Shown one piece after another: positions 1 to 9,243 of a stretch of DNA of 31,214 bases. Numbering within the stretch: position 1 is the first letter of the stretch; every line of letters begins with the position of its first letter. This stretch comes from Clostridia bacterium (GTDB taxonomy: Bacteria; Bacillota; Clostridia; Oscillospirales; Acutalibacteraceae), in assembly GCA_017631745.1 (NCBI GenBank), contig JAGBSR010000063.1:1-31214 (forward strand), in the 5' to 3' direction. The translations under genes and the position numbers were made by a program. The notes below the pieces were generated by a model. It had not been told where the DNA came from. It saw only the letters and a program-made list of their open reading frames with translations, and ran no database searches.

Positions 1-62
1 GATGTGGTGCCCTCAGAATATATATGGCTTAAGTTTTTGGTTTCAAGAACAACTGCGCTCAT
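1..62 (-). CDS. ecfA2: ECF transporter ATPase EcfA2, N-terminal fragment (runs off window start)
   Basis: ATG at 62 reads MSAVVLETKNLSHIYSEGTT, like EcfA2 N-termini; starts 4 nt after the ecfA1 stop; not in the ORF track. Confidence 0.6.
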   Translation of the reverse strand, partial: MSAVVLETKNLSHIYSEGTT

Positions 63-66
63 TTTT

Positions 67-918
67 TCACACCTTTTTGATTCTGATAATTTCGCTTAAA
101 AGCTCTTCTACAGTGAGAATGTTGCCTTTGATGTCCACGCCCTCATTTTTAAGCTCACGGGCAAGGAAGGTTGATTCGGGCACATCAAGACCCACTTGTT
201 TAAGAATATCTATATGGCTGAAAACCTCTCTCGGCTCGCCGTCAAGGATGATTTCACCCTTTTCCATAACAATTACACGTTTTGCTTTGGCAGCCTCATC
301 CATATAGTGAGTGATGAAGATAACTGTGATGCCGTATTCCTCGTTGAGCATTTTAACGGTATCCATTACTTCTTTTCTGCCTCTGGGGTCAAGCATAGAT
401 GTGGGCTCGTCTAAAACGATGCACTGAGGCTGCATTGCGATAATGCCTGCAATGGCAACTCTCTGCTTCTGACCGCCTGAAAGCTTGTGAGGCTCTGAAA
501 GACGAAAATCGTACATACCGACTCTCTTTAAGGCTTCGTCAACTCTTTTTCTGATTTCTGTGGGCTCAACACCTAAATTTTCCGGGCCGAAAGCTACGTC
601 ATCTTCAACTATAGTTGCAACTATCTGATTGTCGGGATTTTGGAATACCATACCGACCTTTTGTCTTATATCGTTGATAGTTTCTTCGTCGGCAGTGTCA
701 ATGCCATCGACTAAAACCTGACCTGACTGAGGAATATTTATGCCGTTGCAAAGCTTTGCTACAGTACTCTTACCGCAGCCGTTATGACCGAGTACCGCAA
801 CGAAATCGCCTTTTTTTATCTTCAAAGAGAAGTTTTCAATAATAGTTTCGCCTATATTGTTATCTTCGTCCTCGTCGTAAGAAAAGGTAACATTTTTAAA
901 TTCGATAAAGTTATCCAT
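67..918 (-). CDS. ecfA1: Energy-coupling factor transporter ATPase EcfA1
   Basis: Walker A GHNGCGKST, Q-loop FQNPDNQIV, signature LSGGQKQR, Walker B VLDEPT. Start moved to ATG 918, which follows AAGGAG. Confidence 0.92.
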   Translation of the reverse strand: MDNFIEFKNVTFSYDEDEDNNIGETIIENFSLKIKKGDFVAVLGHNGCGKSTVAKLCNGINIPQSGQVLVDGIDTADEETINDIRQKVGMVFQNPDNQIVATIVEDDVAFGPENLGVEPTEIRKRVDEALKRVGMYDFRLSEPHKLSGGQKQRVAIAGIIAMQPQCIVLDEPTSMLDPRGRKEVMDTVKMLNEEYGITVIFITHYMDEAAKAKRVIVMEKGEIILDGEPREVFSHIDILKQVGLDVPESTFLARELKNEGVDIKGNILTVEELLSEIIRIKKV

Positions 919-923
919 AAACT

Positions 924-1790
924 TTACTCCTTTTCCCATATAGCAGATGCACCGCAGGGAAGAATCATACCGCTGTCTGTAACGGGCAGACCGATTTCTG
1001 ATGAAGAAACCTTACCGCCGAATTTCTTTTTGATAACAGCGCCTAAAATATATTCCATAACTGAGGATGAAAGACCTGTTGTGTAGGAATTGATGAGCAT
1101 CATAAGGGAATCTTCATATAAAAGCTCACTGCAAAGCTCAACAAAGCCGTAAACCTCATCTTCTAACTTCCATACTTCACCGCCGGGGCCTCTGCCGTAT
1201 GAGGGCGGGTCCATAATGATGATGTCGTATTTGTTACCGCGGCGGATTTCTCTCTGAACAAACTTGATACAGTCGTCAACTATCCAGCGTACACTGCCGT
1301 CGGCAACGCCTGAAGAGATAGCATTTTCCTTTGCCCAGGCTGTCATACCCTTTGATGCATCAACGTGCACAACGTGGGCATTTTCCATTAAAGGAGCAAC
1401 AGTTGCACCGCCTGTGTATGCAAAGAGGTTGAGCACCTTGACGGGTCTGCCTGCTTTTCTGATGACTTCTCTGGTGTAGTCCCAGTTAACAGCCTGCTCA
1501 GGAAAAAGACCTGTGTGCTTGAAGCCCATAGTCTTGATATTGAAGGTCATATCCTTATAGTTGATGCTCCAGAACGGGGGCATCTTGCTTCTCACTTCCC
1601 ATTCACCGCCGCCTGACTTTGAACGGTGGTAGTAAGCGTCAGCCTTGCGCCACAAGGGATTTTTCTTGGGAGTCTTCCAGATAACCTGAGGGTCGGGGCG
1701 TACCAGAACGATATTGCCCCATCGCTCTAACTTTTCACCGTCGGAGCAATCAATGAGCTCGTAATCTTTCCAATCTTTTGTATATCTCAT
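924..1790 (-). CDS. Class I SAM-dependent methyltransferase (RlmI/RlmK-like)
   Basis: VLNLFAYTGG SAM-binding motif and DIIIMDPPSY motif; HTGLFPEQ. Confidence 0.85.
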   Translation of the reverse strand: MRYTKDWKDYELIDCSDGEKLERWGNIVLVRPDPQVIWKTPKKNPLWRKADAYYHRSKSGGGEWEVRSKMPPFWSINYKDMTFNIKTMGFKHTGLFPEQAVNWDYTREVIRKAGRPVKVLNLFAYTGGATVAPLMENAHVVHVDASKGMTAWAKENAISSGVADGSVRWIVDDCIKFVQREIRRGNKYDIIIMDPPSYGRGPGGEVWKLEDEVYGFVELCSELLYEDSLMMLINSYTTGLSSSVMEYILGAVIKKKFGGKVSSSEIGLPVTDSGMILPCGASAIWEKE

Positions 1791-1812
1791 AGTTTTACCT
1801 CTTAATCATAAC

Positions 1813-2832
1813 TTAAAACATTTGCTGCTGACCCGGTACAGGTAAGCCGAGATGCTCGTATGCGGCAGGAGTTGCAACTCTGCCTCTCGGTGTTCTGCCA
1901 AGGAAGCCTATCTGCATAAGATAGGGCTCGTAGACATCTTCGATTGTCACTGCCTCTTCACCGATAGCTGCTGCGATAGTCTCAAGACCAACGGGGCCGC
2001 CGCCGTAAGATTTAATCATAGTTGAAAGAAGAAGTCTGTCTATTGAGTCGAGACCCATATTGTCAATTTCCATTTTTTCAAGAGCGTGGTCGGCACTGTC
2101 TTCATCGATGATGCCGTCGCCCACAACCTGAGCGAAGTCTCTTGCTCTCTTTAAAAGTCTGTTGGCAATTCGTGGTGTACCTCTTGAACGGGAGGCAATC
2201 TCGAGTGCGCCGTATTTTTCTATATCAATGCCGAGGATGCCTGCGCTTCTTGTTACGATCTGAGCAAGCTCTTCGGGAGTGTACAATTCGAGTCTGAGAA
2301 TAACACCGAATCGGTCACGAAGAGGAGCCGAAAGCTGACCTGCTCTTGTGGTGGCACCCACAAGGGTGAACTTGGGAAGGTCGAGTCTGATTGATCTTGC
2401 CGAGGGGCCCTTACCGATGATGATGTCAAGGGCATTGTCTTCCATTGCAGGATAGAGTACTTCTTCAACGCTTCTGTTAAGGCGGTGAATTTCGTCGATG
2501 AAAAGTACATCGCCCTCGTTGAGGTTTGTGAGCAGCGCCGCAAGGTCGCCCTGCTTTTCGATTGCAGGACCTGATGTTACTCGGAAGTTAACATTCATCT
2601 CATTTGCGATGATGCCTGCAAGAGTTGTTTTACCCAGACCCGGAGGGCCGTAGAGAAGCACATGGTCGAGAGTCTCACCTCTCGCCTTAGCGGCTTTTAT
2701 ATATACCTCAAGGTTTTCCTTTGCCTTTTCCTGACCGATATAATCTGTCAGTACTCTCGGGCGAAGGGAGGTTTCTATATCAGAGTCAAGGCCCGTATAA
2801 TCGGGAGCCATTATTCTTTCTTCAAAATCCAT
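1813..2832 (-). CDS. ruvB: Holliday junction branch migration helicase RuvB
   Basis: [12 protein letters not shown], Walker [30 protein letters not shown]. Confidence 0.98.
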   Translation of the reverse strand: MDFEERIMAPDYTGLDSDIETSLRPRVLTDYIGQEKAKENLEVYIKAAKARGETLDHVLLYGPPGLGKTTLAGIIANEMNVNFRVTSGPAIEKQGDLAALLTNLNEGDVLFIDEIHRLNRSVEEVLYPAMEDNALDIIIGKGPSARSIRLDLPKFTLVGATTRAGQLSAPLRDRFGVILRLELYTPEELAQIVTRSAGILGIDIEKYGALEIASRSRGTPRIANRLLKRARDFAQVVGDGIIDEDSADHALEKMEIDNMGLDSIDRLLLSTMIKSYGGGPVGLETIAAAIGEEAVTIEDVYEPYLMQIGFLGRTPRGRVATPAAYEHLGLPVPGQQQMF

Positions 2833-2843
2833 TATCTTTCACC

Positions 2844-3449
2844 TTACATCTTACTTAAGATTTTAAGAGCTTGTTTAATGAGGCTCTGCACATCAAGTGA
2901 GGGGTCAAGCTTGCTGACAGCCACACTCGCGTCAGACTGTGAGTAACCGAGCATTGTCAGAGCCGCAACAGCTTCGCTTGTGTTGGGCATTTCTGTTACC
3001 GCGCCTATTCTGTCGGCATTTTCAAACATCTCACCGTCGGGGATTACACTCTTGACCTTATCCTTAAGGTCGAGGATAATTCGCTGTGCAATCTTAGGGC
3101 CGATACCGCTTGCACGGGTGATTGATTTTGCATCCTTGGTGGAAATTGCAAGGGCGATTTCGTCAACTGTCAGCTCAGATAAAATTGCAAGAGCCGCCTT
3201 GGGGCCTACGCCGTTTACGGTGATGAGCATCTTGAACCACTCGAGCTCATATTCTGTGGAAAAGCCGAAAAGGTCAAGGGCGTCTTCGCGGACATTGAGG
3301 TGGGTATAAACTGTGCCTTCGGATTTGTCGTCGGGCAAATCGTAAAGAGTGAAACGGGATGTATAACACATAAAGCCTACACCGCCGCAGCTTATTACGG
3401 CATAATTTGTGCCCTTATTGATAACTTTGCCTGTGAGTGAATAGAACAT
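2844..3449 (-). CDS. ruvA: Holliday junction DNA-binding protein RuvA
   Basis: HhH motifs VNGVGPKAALAILS and ASGIGPKIAQRI; C-terminal EAVAALTMLGY; lies between ruvC and ruvB. Confidence 0.96.
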   Translation of the reverse strand: MFYSLTGKVINKGTNYAVISCGGVGFMCYTSRFTLYDLPDDKSEGTVYTHLNVREDALDLFGFSTEYELEWFKMLITVNGVGPKAALAILSELTVDEIALAISTKDAKSITRASGIGPKIAQRIILDLKDKVKSVIPDGEMFENADRIGAVTEMPNTSEAVAALTMLGYSQSDASVAVSKLDPSLDVQSLIKQALKILSKM

Positions 3450-3452
3450 AGC

Positions 3453-3962
3453 TTATATCCCCTTTCTGATTCGTAAATTGTTTGTCATAAGTGAGCCGCT
3501 TGCGTGGGCGTGGCAGATAGCCATTGCCAGAGCATCGGCTGTGTCGTCGGGCTTGGGTACTTTTTCGAGAGCAAGAATTCTTCTTGTCATTTCCTGCACC
3601 TGCTTCTTCTCAGCTCTGCCGTAACCGACTACACTCTGCTTAACCTGCAAGGGTGTATATTCAAATGCCGGTACCGCATTTTTCTGAGCTGCAAGCATTA
3701 TTACGCCTCGTGCCTGACTTACATCGATAACGGTCTTTGCGTTGTTGTTGTAAAAGAGCTTTTCAATAGCCATTGCTTCGGGCTTATGTCGCTCAATTAT
3801 TGCTGTAAGTCCGTCGTATATTTTTTCGAGTCTTATATTAAAAGGTGTGCCCGCATCGGTTAAAATTGCACCGTAATCGATAACACTGAAGTGGTTATTT
3901 TTATATTCAATCACTCCGTAACCGACTATGGCATAACCCGGGTCGATACCTAAGATAATCAT
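3453..3962 (-). CDS. ruvC: Crossover junction endodeoxyribonuclease RuvC
   Basis: ILGIDPG, AIEKLF, QARGV, PDDTADALAMAICH. Confidence 0.97.
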   Translation of the reverse strand: MIILGIDPGYAIVGYGVIEYKNNHFSVIDYGAILTDAGTPFNIRLEKIYDGLTAIIERHKPEAMAIEKLFYNNNAKTVIDVSQARGVIMLAAQKNAVPAFEYTPLQVKQSVVGYGRAEKKQVQEMTRRILALEKVPKPDDTADALAMAICHAHASGSLMTNNLRIRKGI

Positions 3963-3992
3963 GGCATACTACCTCACTATAATAATCAACAT

Positions 3993-4021
3993 ATTATATC
4001 ACAAATTATAGCTTTGAGCAA
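3993..4021 (-). promoter_or_regulatory. Putative sigma-A promoter of ruvCAB
   Basis: TTGCTC-17 nt-TATAAT with a TG extension. Confidence 0.6.
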
Positions 4022-4062
4022 TAGAAAAAGTCAGATTTTTCCGAATATTCCGTGGCTTTTAA

Positions 4063-4177
4063 GTGGGATGAAGAGGGCAGGCAGGGGCTCAGGAAAATTC
4101 CTGCGGAATTTTTGAGAGACGAAGTCTCTCAGCTGTGCCTTCGGCACAGCCCTGAGCCCCTGTCCCACCGTCTGCAG
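4063..4177. repeat. Four-way-junction palindromic element, copy E1
   Basis: Outer stem 4082-4093/4151-4162 encloses three abutting 19-nt hairpins (loops TGC, GAA, TTC); similar structure at 14815 and 27996. Confidence 0.8.
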
Positions 4178-4182
4178 AGCCT

Positions 4183-4209
4183 AAAAAAAGAGCCGGCAAC
4201 TGCCGACTC
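4183..4209 (-). terminator. Intrinsic terminator after the GtrA-family gene
   Basis: Minus strand GAGTCGGC-AGTT-GCCGGCTC followed by T7. Confidence 0.8.
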
Positions 4210-4215
4210 AAAAAT

Positions 4216-4674
4216 TCACTTTTTCTTCCTGAACACAACCAACTTGGAAAAGACATAGTTCAGCACTACAACTGCCGCGGCAAGAACCACTTTCGCAAGG
4301 GTTTCGCCACCGACGGTGAAACCAAGCACCTGCCAGGATATATCTTTCATACCTGCTAAATCCACAAGAGCAACCAAACCGAGTTGTTCCACAAGCAGGG
4401 AAAAAACTCTCGCGGCAAAGAAAGAAGATGCCTCTTTCAATACAAGACCAACATCCCATTTCTTGCTTTCAAAAACGAAAAGCTTGTTGGTCACATAGGC
4501 GAAAACCACGGATACAAACCAGGCTATGATATTGGAAACCCAATACAATTCCACGCCCAGAAGCATATTGAACAGCTCATAGACCAGGAAATTCACCAGA
4601 GTAGTACCCACGCCGAAAATGCCGTAGATAATCAGCTCTTTATATTTAATTATCAGATTCTTGATTGTCTTCAT
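4216..4674 (-). CDS. GtrA family membrane protein (putative lipid-linked sugar flippase)
   Basis: YGIFGVGTTLVN, FAYVTNKLFVF, NYVFSKLVVF motifs; four hydrophobic segments; overlaps the GT2 gene end. Confidence 0.88.
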   Translation of the reverse strand: MKTIKNLIIKYKELIIYGIFGVGTTLVNFLVYELFNMLLGVELYWVSNIIAWFVSVVFAYVTNKLFVFESKKWDVGLVLKEASSFFAARVFSLLVEQLGLVALVDLAGMKDISWQVLGFTVGGETLAKVVLAAAVVVLNYVFSKLVVFRKKK

Positions 4675-5581
4675 AACTTAAAATCTCTTTTGAAATAAAT
4701 ATTGGTCTGTCCTTGACCTGTGTGTGTACCTTGCCGAGATATGCTCCACTGATGCCCTGACAGATAAGCACAAGTGAGCCCGCAAAGAGCACTGCCGAAA
4801 TAATGCCGTAGTAAGGTGCAAGCAAGCCGATTATGCCGAAAACAACTGAAATTACAAGCAGAATTGCACCGAGATATAAAGGCAGTTTAAGAGGCTTGTC
4901 TGTGTAAGCCATAATGCCCTCAATAGCGTAGGCTATAAGCTTTTTAAGATTCCACTTGGTCTCTCCGTTTTCGCGGTCTCTGACCTCATAGGGTATAGAA
5001 ACAGTATTGTAACCCACCCATGAGAATATGCCCTTTGAGAAGCGGTGATATTCGGGCAGAGCCACGATAGTATCAGCTACACACTTGCGAAGAGTACGGA
5101 AATCGCTTGCATCACTGATAAAGTCTATGCCCGACATCTTACTGATAGTCTTATAAAATGTGTGCTTGCCCTTAGAAAGAGCTTTGCCCTCTTTGCGGTG
5201 AGCCTGATATGCGGCAACCATATCGCAGTCAGGGTCACTGTCAAGTATCCTTGCCATTTCAACTGCATACTTGGGGTCCTGCTGTAAATCGGCATCAATT
5301 ATTGTGATGTACTCACCTACCGCCTGAGTGAAGCCTGTATACATAGCAGCTTCCTTACCGAAGTTGCGGGAAAAATTAATCACCTTTATTCTGACATCCT
5401 TATTCTCATTGAATATCTGTCTTAACTTTTTAGGGGTAGTGTCCTTACTGCCGTCGTTGACAAAAATAATCTCATAGGAGTCAGTATAGCCTTTCATAGC
5501 TTCAACTGTCTCTTTAAGGAAATTTTCAACATTACCCTCTTCGTTATAGCAGGGTACTATAAGGCTGTGCTTTACTGACAT
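4646..5581 (-). CDS. GT2 glycosyltransferase, GtrB/bactoprenol glycosyltransferase-like
   Basis: IVPCYNEE, FVNDGSKD, FSRNFGKEAA, IDADLQ, RFSKGIFSWVG; two C-terminal TM helices. Confidence 0.9.
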   Translation of the reverse strand: MSVKHSLIVPCYNEEGNVENFLKETVEAMKGYTDSYEIIFVNDGSKDTTPKKLRQIFNENKDVRIKVINFSRNFGKEAAMYTGFTQAVGEYITIIDADLQQDPKYAVEMARILDSDPDCDMVAAYQAHRKEGKALSKGKHTFYKTISKMSGIDFISDASDFRTLRKCVADTIVALPEYHRFSKGIFSWVGYNTVSIPYEVRDRENGETKWNLKKLIAYAIEGIMAYTDKPLKLPLYLGAILLVISVVFGIIGLLAPYYGIISAVLFAGSLVLICQGISGAYLGKVHTQVKDRPIFISKEILSYEDNQESDN

Positions 5582-5603
5582 AGCAATTCTCCTTTAAGGT
5601 GAA

Positions 5604-6926
5604 TTATTTTCCATCTCTTTCGCGTACGACAAACTTTGTCGGTGTACCCTCAAGGCCGAAAATCTCTCTTATCTGATTATCAAGATAACGCTGATAGCTG
5701 TAATGGAACAGCTCCTTATCATTGACAAAGCAGACAAACGTGGGAGGTCTTGTGGAGGCCTGAGTCATATAATAAATCTTGAGTCTCTTGCCCTTATCTG
5801 TGGGGGGCTGTACTCTTGCGGTAGCTGCAGCGAGAACGTCGTTGAGCTTACCTGTTGAAATTCTCATTGAGTTCTGCTCGTCGACAAACTTGATAAGCTC
5901 AAAGAGTCTGTCAAGGCGCTGACCTGTTTTAGCAGAAATGAAGATAATGGGAGCATAAGACATAAATGAGAAGTCGTTCATAAGCTTCTTTCTGTAGCTG
6001 TCCATTGTCTTGCCGTCTTTTTCAAGAGCATCCCATTTATTTACAGCGATAATACAAGCCTTACCCATTTCGTGAGCAATGCCTGCAACCTTGCTGTCCT
6101 GCTCGGTAAAGCCCTCAAGAGCGTCGATCATAATAACGCATACACTTGCTCTTTCAACGGCCATTTTGGCTCTGATAACGCTGTATTTTTCAATCTGATC
6201 CTCGACCTTGCTCTTTCTTCTGAGACCTGCAGTATCAATAAACATAAAGTCGCCGAATTCGTTATTGATGAAAGTATCTGTAGCATCACGGGTGGTACCT
6301 GCAATGTTTGAAACGATAGCTCTCTCTTCGCCTGAAATAGCATTGATGAGTGAGGATTTGCCTACATTGGGCTTGCCGATAACCGCAACCTTGATGGTAC
6401 TATCGTCGATTTCCTCCTCCTCGTCCTCGGGAAGATGTTCCATAACCGCATCAAGAAGGTCGCCTGTACCGTGACCGTGAACTGATGAAACAGCAATGGG
6501 GTCGCCGAGACCTAAGTTGTAGAATTCGTAGAATTCCATAGGAGGCTCACCGACCTTGTCGCACTTGTTAACACAAAGCACGATGGGCTTATTACTCTTG
6601 AGAAGCATAGCTGCAACATCTTCGTCGGTTGCAACAACGCCCGAATGAATATCAGTAACGAGTACGATAACATCGGCAGAGTCAATTGCAAGCTGAGCCT
6701 GACGGCGCATCTGCTTTAAGATAATATCGTCTGAGTGGGGCTCGATACCGCCTGTATCTATAAGAAGAAAATGACGGTTGAGCCATTCACAGTCACCGTA
6801 AATTCTGTCTCGGGTAACACCGGGGGTGTCGTCAACAATTGACAGACGCTGACCGATAAGCTTATTGAAAAGTGTAGACTTACCTACATTGGGTCTGCCT
6901 ACAATAGCAACGATGGGTCTTGCCAT
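5604..6926 (-). CDS. der: Ribosome biogenesis GTPase Der (EngA)
   Basis: Two G domains (GRPNVGKS, GKPNVGKS; DTGG, DTAG; NKCD, NKWD) and a KH-like C-terminus. Confidence 0.98.
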   Translation of the reverse strand: MARPIVAIVGRPNVGKSTLFNKLIGQRLSIVDDTPGVTRDRIYGDCEWLNRHFLLIDTGGIEPHSDDIILKQMRRQAQLAIDSADVIVLVTDIHSGVVATDEDVAAMLLKSNKPIVLCVNKCDKVGEPPMEFYEFYNLGLGDPIAVSSVHGHGTGDLLDAVMEHLPEDEEEEIDDSTIKVAVIGKPNVGKSSLINAISGEERAIVSNIAGTTRDATDTFINNEFGDFMFIDTAGLRRKSKVEDQIEKYSVIRAKMAVERASVCVIMIDALEGFTEQDSKVAGIAHEMGKACIIAVNKWDALEKDGKTMDSYRKKLMNDFSFMSYAPIIFISAKTGQRLDRLFELIKFVDEQNSMRISTGKLNDVLAAATARVQPPTDKGKRLKIYYMTQASTRPPTFVCFVNDKELFHYSYQRYLDNQIREIFGLEGTPTKFVVRERDGK

Positions 6927-6947
6927 TTAATTCACCATCCTTTTTTA

Positions 6948-8249
6948 TTATTGGCCCATGAACGAGCCGAACAGACTGCCGCCTGTGCAGTCATCAACTT
7001 TAAGATTAACACCGAGAGCTTCTTCAACCTCCTGAGTGCTCACACTGTCAAGGAAGAGGTCGCCCTCGCTTCTGAGCATAACCTGAGGTATGGCAAGGTC
7101 CTTTGCCAAGGGCTTATCTCTGAGCTGACCTATAAGGTCATTGCCCGTAATAAGACCTGCCACGGTTATACTGTGACCGAAAAAGTCGTTCTTTATTTCG
7201 TAAACATCTATTTTACTTTTATTATACTTGCTCATAAAGATTTCTGCAAGCTCTTTTATCAGAGGATAAGCCGCCACGCCCGTTGCCACACTCAGGTGAG
7301 TTTCAGGGTCGGCATCCTCGCAATTTTCAATTTCACAGAGGAATTCTTCTTTCAGTGAAGTCCACATACCCACGCCGTTTTCTATCTGGCAATAGGTTTC
7401 GTAATATTCACCGTCAGGCAAAGCTCTGCCCGACTTGAGATAAAATTCATCAGCGGCATAGACGAGTCTTGTGCCGTATTCTGCCTTGAACTTTTCACCG
7501 AATTCATCGATGATATCTATAACCTCTGCTGCGGTTTCTTTTGTGTACTCAGGCATATCGAAAAGGCCCTCGCGGTGCTTTGTCACACCTACAGGTACAC
7601 AAGCAATGCTCTGAAGATTTTCGCCAAGCTCGCCTAATTTTTCAAGGGAATAGCGAAGCTCCTGACCGTCGTTGATTCCGGGACAAAGCACAAGCTGAGT
7701 GTTTATCGCAATGTCGTTTTGGGCTAAGCGATGAAGTACAGACAGGCTCTCACCTGCGTTTTTGTTTTTCATCATATGCACACGAAGCTCTTTATTCATA
7801 GTGTGCACACTGACATTGACAGGGCTGATGTGCATTTCGATAATCTTTTCCACATCTCTTTCACTAAGGTTAGTCAGAGTGATATAGTTGCCGAAAAGAA
7901 ATGACAGCCTAGAATCGTCGTCTTTGAAATATATTGACTCACGAAGACCCTTGGGATTCTGGTCGATGAAGCAGAAAATACACTTGTTTTTGCAGTGTCT
8001 TTCCTTATCCATAAGATATGTTTCAAAGGTGAGACCTAAATCCTCATCCTCGCCTTTTTTAATCCACACAGCCTTGGTTTTGCCGCCGCTTTCATAGACA
8101 ACACTTATTTTAATATCTTTTGTGTAAAACTGATAATCAAGAAAGTCTGTTATTTCGTGCCCTGATATTTTAATGAGGGTATCCCCTGCTTTTATGCCCT
8201 TTTTATAGGCAGGTGAAGACTTTATAACATCTTTAATTAAAACCGACAT
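6948..8249 (-). CDS. DUF512 family protein (N-terminal PDZ-like domain, putative radical SAM Fe-S)
   Basis: CKNKCIFC CxxxCxxC motif, YFKDDDSRLSFLFGNYITLTN, QIENGVGM, TVAGLITG; sits upstream of der. Confidence 0.88.
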   Translation of the reverse strand: MSVLIKDVIKSSPAYKKGIKAGDTLIKISGHEITDFLDYQFYTKDIKISVVYESGGKTKAVWIKKGEDEDLGLTFETYLMDKERHCKNKCIFCFIDQNPKGLRESIYFKDDDSRLSFLFGNYITLTNLSERDVEKIIEMHISPVNVSVHTMNKELRVHMMKNKNAGESLSVLHRLAQNDIAINTQLVLCPGINDGQELRYSLEKLGELGENLQSIACVPVGVTKHREGLFDMPEYTKETAAEVIDIIDEFGEKFKAEYGTRLVYAADEFYLKSGRALPDGEYYETYCQIENGVGMWTSLKEEFLCEIENCEDADPETHLSVATGVAAYPLIKELAEIFMSKYNKSKIDVYEIKNDFFGHSITVAGLITGNDLIGQLRDKPLAKDLAIPQVMLRSEGDLFLDSVSTQEVEEALGVNLKVDDCTGGSLFGSFMGQ

Positions 8250-8267
8250 AAAATAACCCTTTCTTAA

Positions 8268-8298
8268 AGTTAGAAGTTAGGAGTGAGGAGTTAGGAGT
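8268..8298. repeat. Tandem heptamer repeat (AGTTAGG-type, about 4.5 units)
   Basis: AGTTAGA-AGTTAGG-AGTGAGG-AGTTAGG-AGT. Confidence 0.65.
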
Positions 8299-8333
8299 TT
8301 AACGCCTTGCTATTCACTCTTTAAAAATTAAAT

Positions 8334-8367
8334 AGAGGTGGGAAAGCGAGTCTGCTTCTCCACCTCT
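8334..8367 (-). terminator. Hairpin after rpmF, probable terminator
   Basis: AGAGGTGG...CCACCTCT stem with an interrupted T-rich tail on the minus strand. Confidence 0.55.
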
Positions 8368-8382
8368 CAAAGTTCCAAAGGC

Positions 8383-8568
8383 TTAGTCTTCGTCCTTAAC
8401 AACAACCTGCTTACCTTTGTAATAGCCGCATTCGCCGCAAACCTTATGGGGTACAGTGTATGCACCGCACTGCTTGCATCTTACAAGTGTGGGAGCCTCA
8501 AGCTTCCATACATTTGAACGTCTCTTATCTCTTCTTGCCTTTGATACTCTTCTCTTTGGTACTGCCAT
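8383..8568 (-). CDS. rpmF: 50S ribosomal protein L32 (Zn-binding form)
   Basis: MAVPKRRVSKARRDKRRS, CxxC...CxxC, GYYKG. Confidence 0.98.
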   Translation of the reverse strand: MAVPKRRVSKARRDKRRSNVWKLEAPTLVRCKQCGAYTVPHKVCGECGYYKGKQVVVKDED

Positions 8569-8608
8569 CTTTCAGCACCTCCTTTTATAATATTAAAGTT
8601 AAACTTAC

Positions 8609-9103
8609 TTATTCGTCCAAAAGACCAAGGAGCACCTCGAATCGGGGGTCGATGTCTTTTTTGCATTCGCACGGACCGTCATTTAAGTTTGCACCGCATT
8701 TCGGGCAAAGCCCCTTGCAATCGTCGTCGCAGAGGAATTTACTCGGCAGAGCAAAGTAAATGTCTTCTAAAGTGAGCTGCTTAATGTCGAGCTTCATATT
8801 TTCTGCGATGATGAACTCATCTGTTTCATCGTTCTGAAGCTCAGAAACAAGAATATGCTCAATGGGTACTTCCATATCATATGTCACACCCTCAGCACAC
8901 CTGCTGCAGTAAACATCAAGACTGAAAGTAGCTACGGCCTTAAGTGACACTATCTCGGCAACATTTGTGATTTCACCTTTGAGACAAACAGGTGTCGTGA
9001 ATGGAAACACACCGTCAACCTCTTCTTCGGAGAAGTCAAACTGAAGGTCGAGAGGTATCTCTGTGATACCGCCATTAAACAGGTTTTCAAGTTCAATAAA
9101 CAT
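8609..9103 (-). CDS. DUF177/YceD family protein
   Basis: CSRC, LCDDDCKGLCPKCGANLN, DPRF; canonical position upstream of rpmF. Confidence 0.92.
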   Translation of the reverse strand: MFIELENLFNGGITEIPLDLQFDFSEEEVDGVFPFTTPVCLKGEITNVAEIVSLKAVATFSLDVYCSRCAEGVTYDMEVPIEHILVSELQNDETDEFIIAENMKLDIKQLTLEDIYFALPSKFLCDDDCKGLCPKCGANLNDGPCECKKDIDPRFEVLLGLLDE

Positions 9104-9128
9104 AACTCACCTCATATTAACGAATAAC

Positions 9129-9157
9129 ATTATATATATCTATCTTCGATTTGTCAA
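9129..9157 (-). promoter_or_regulatory. Sigma-A promoter of yceD-rpmF
   Basis: Perfect TTGACA-17 nt-TATAAT. Confidence 0.85.
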
Positions 9158-9243
9158 TAAAAAACTGCAAAATACTTTAAAAAATTTTAAATACTGCCCT
9201 ATTTCACCTTTTAAGAGCCCTGAGGCTCAGGCAAGGGGGGCTT

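Noticed and set aside
3963-4062. LexA/DinR box upstream of ruvC
   Set aside because: No GAAC-N4-GTTC match found; CCGAATATTCCG does not fit.
3453-4177. Holliday-junction-like element directly upstream of ruvCAB
   Set aside because: The other two copies sit by unrelated genes, so the adjacency is probably coincidence.
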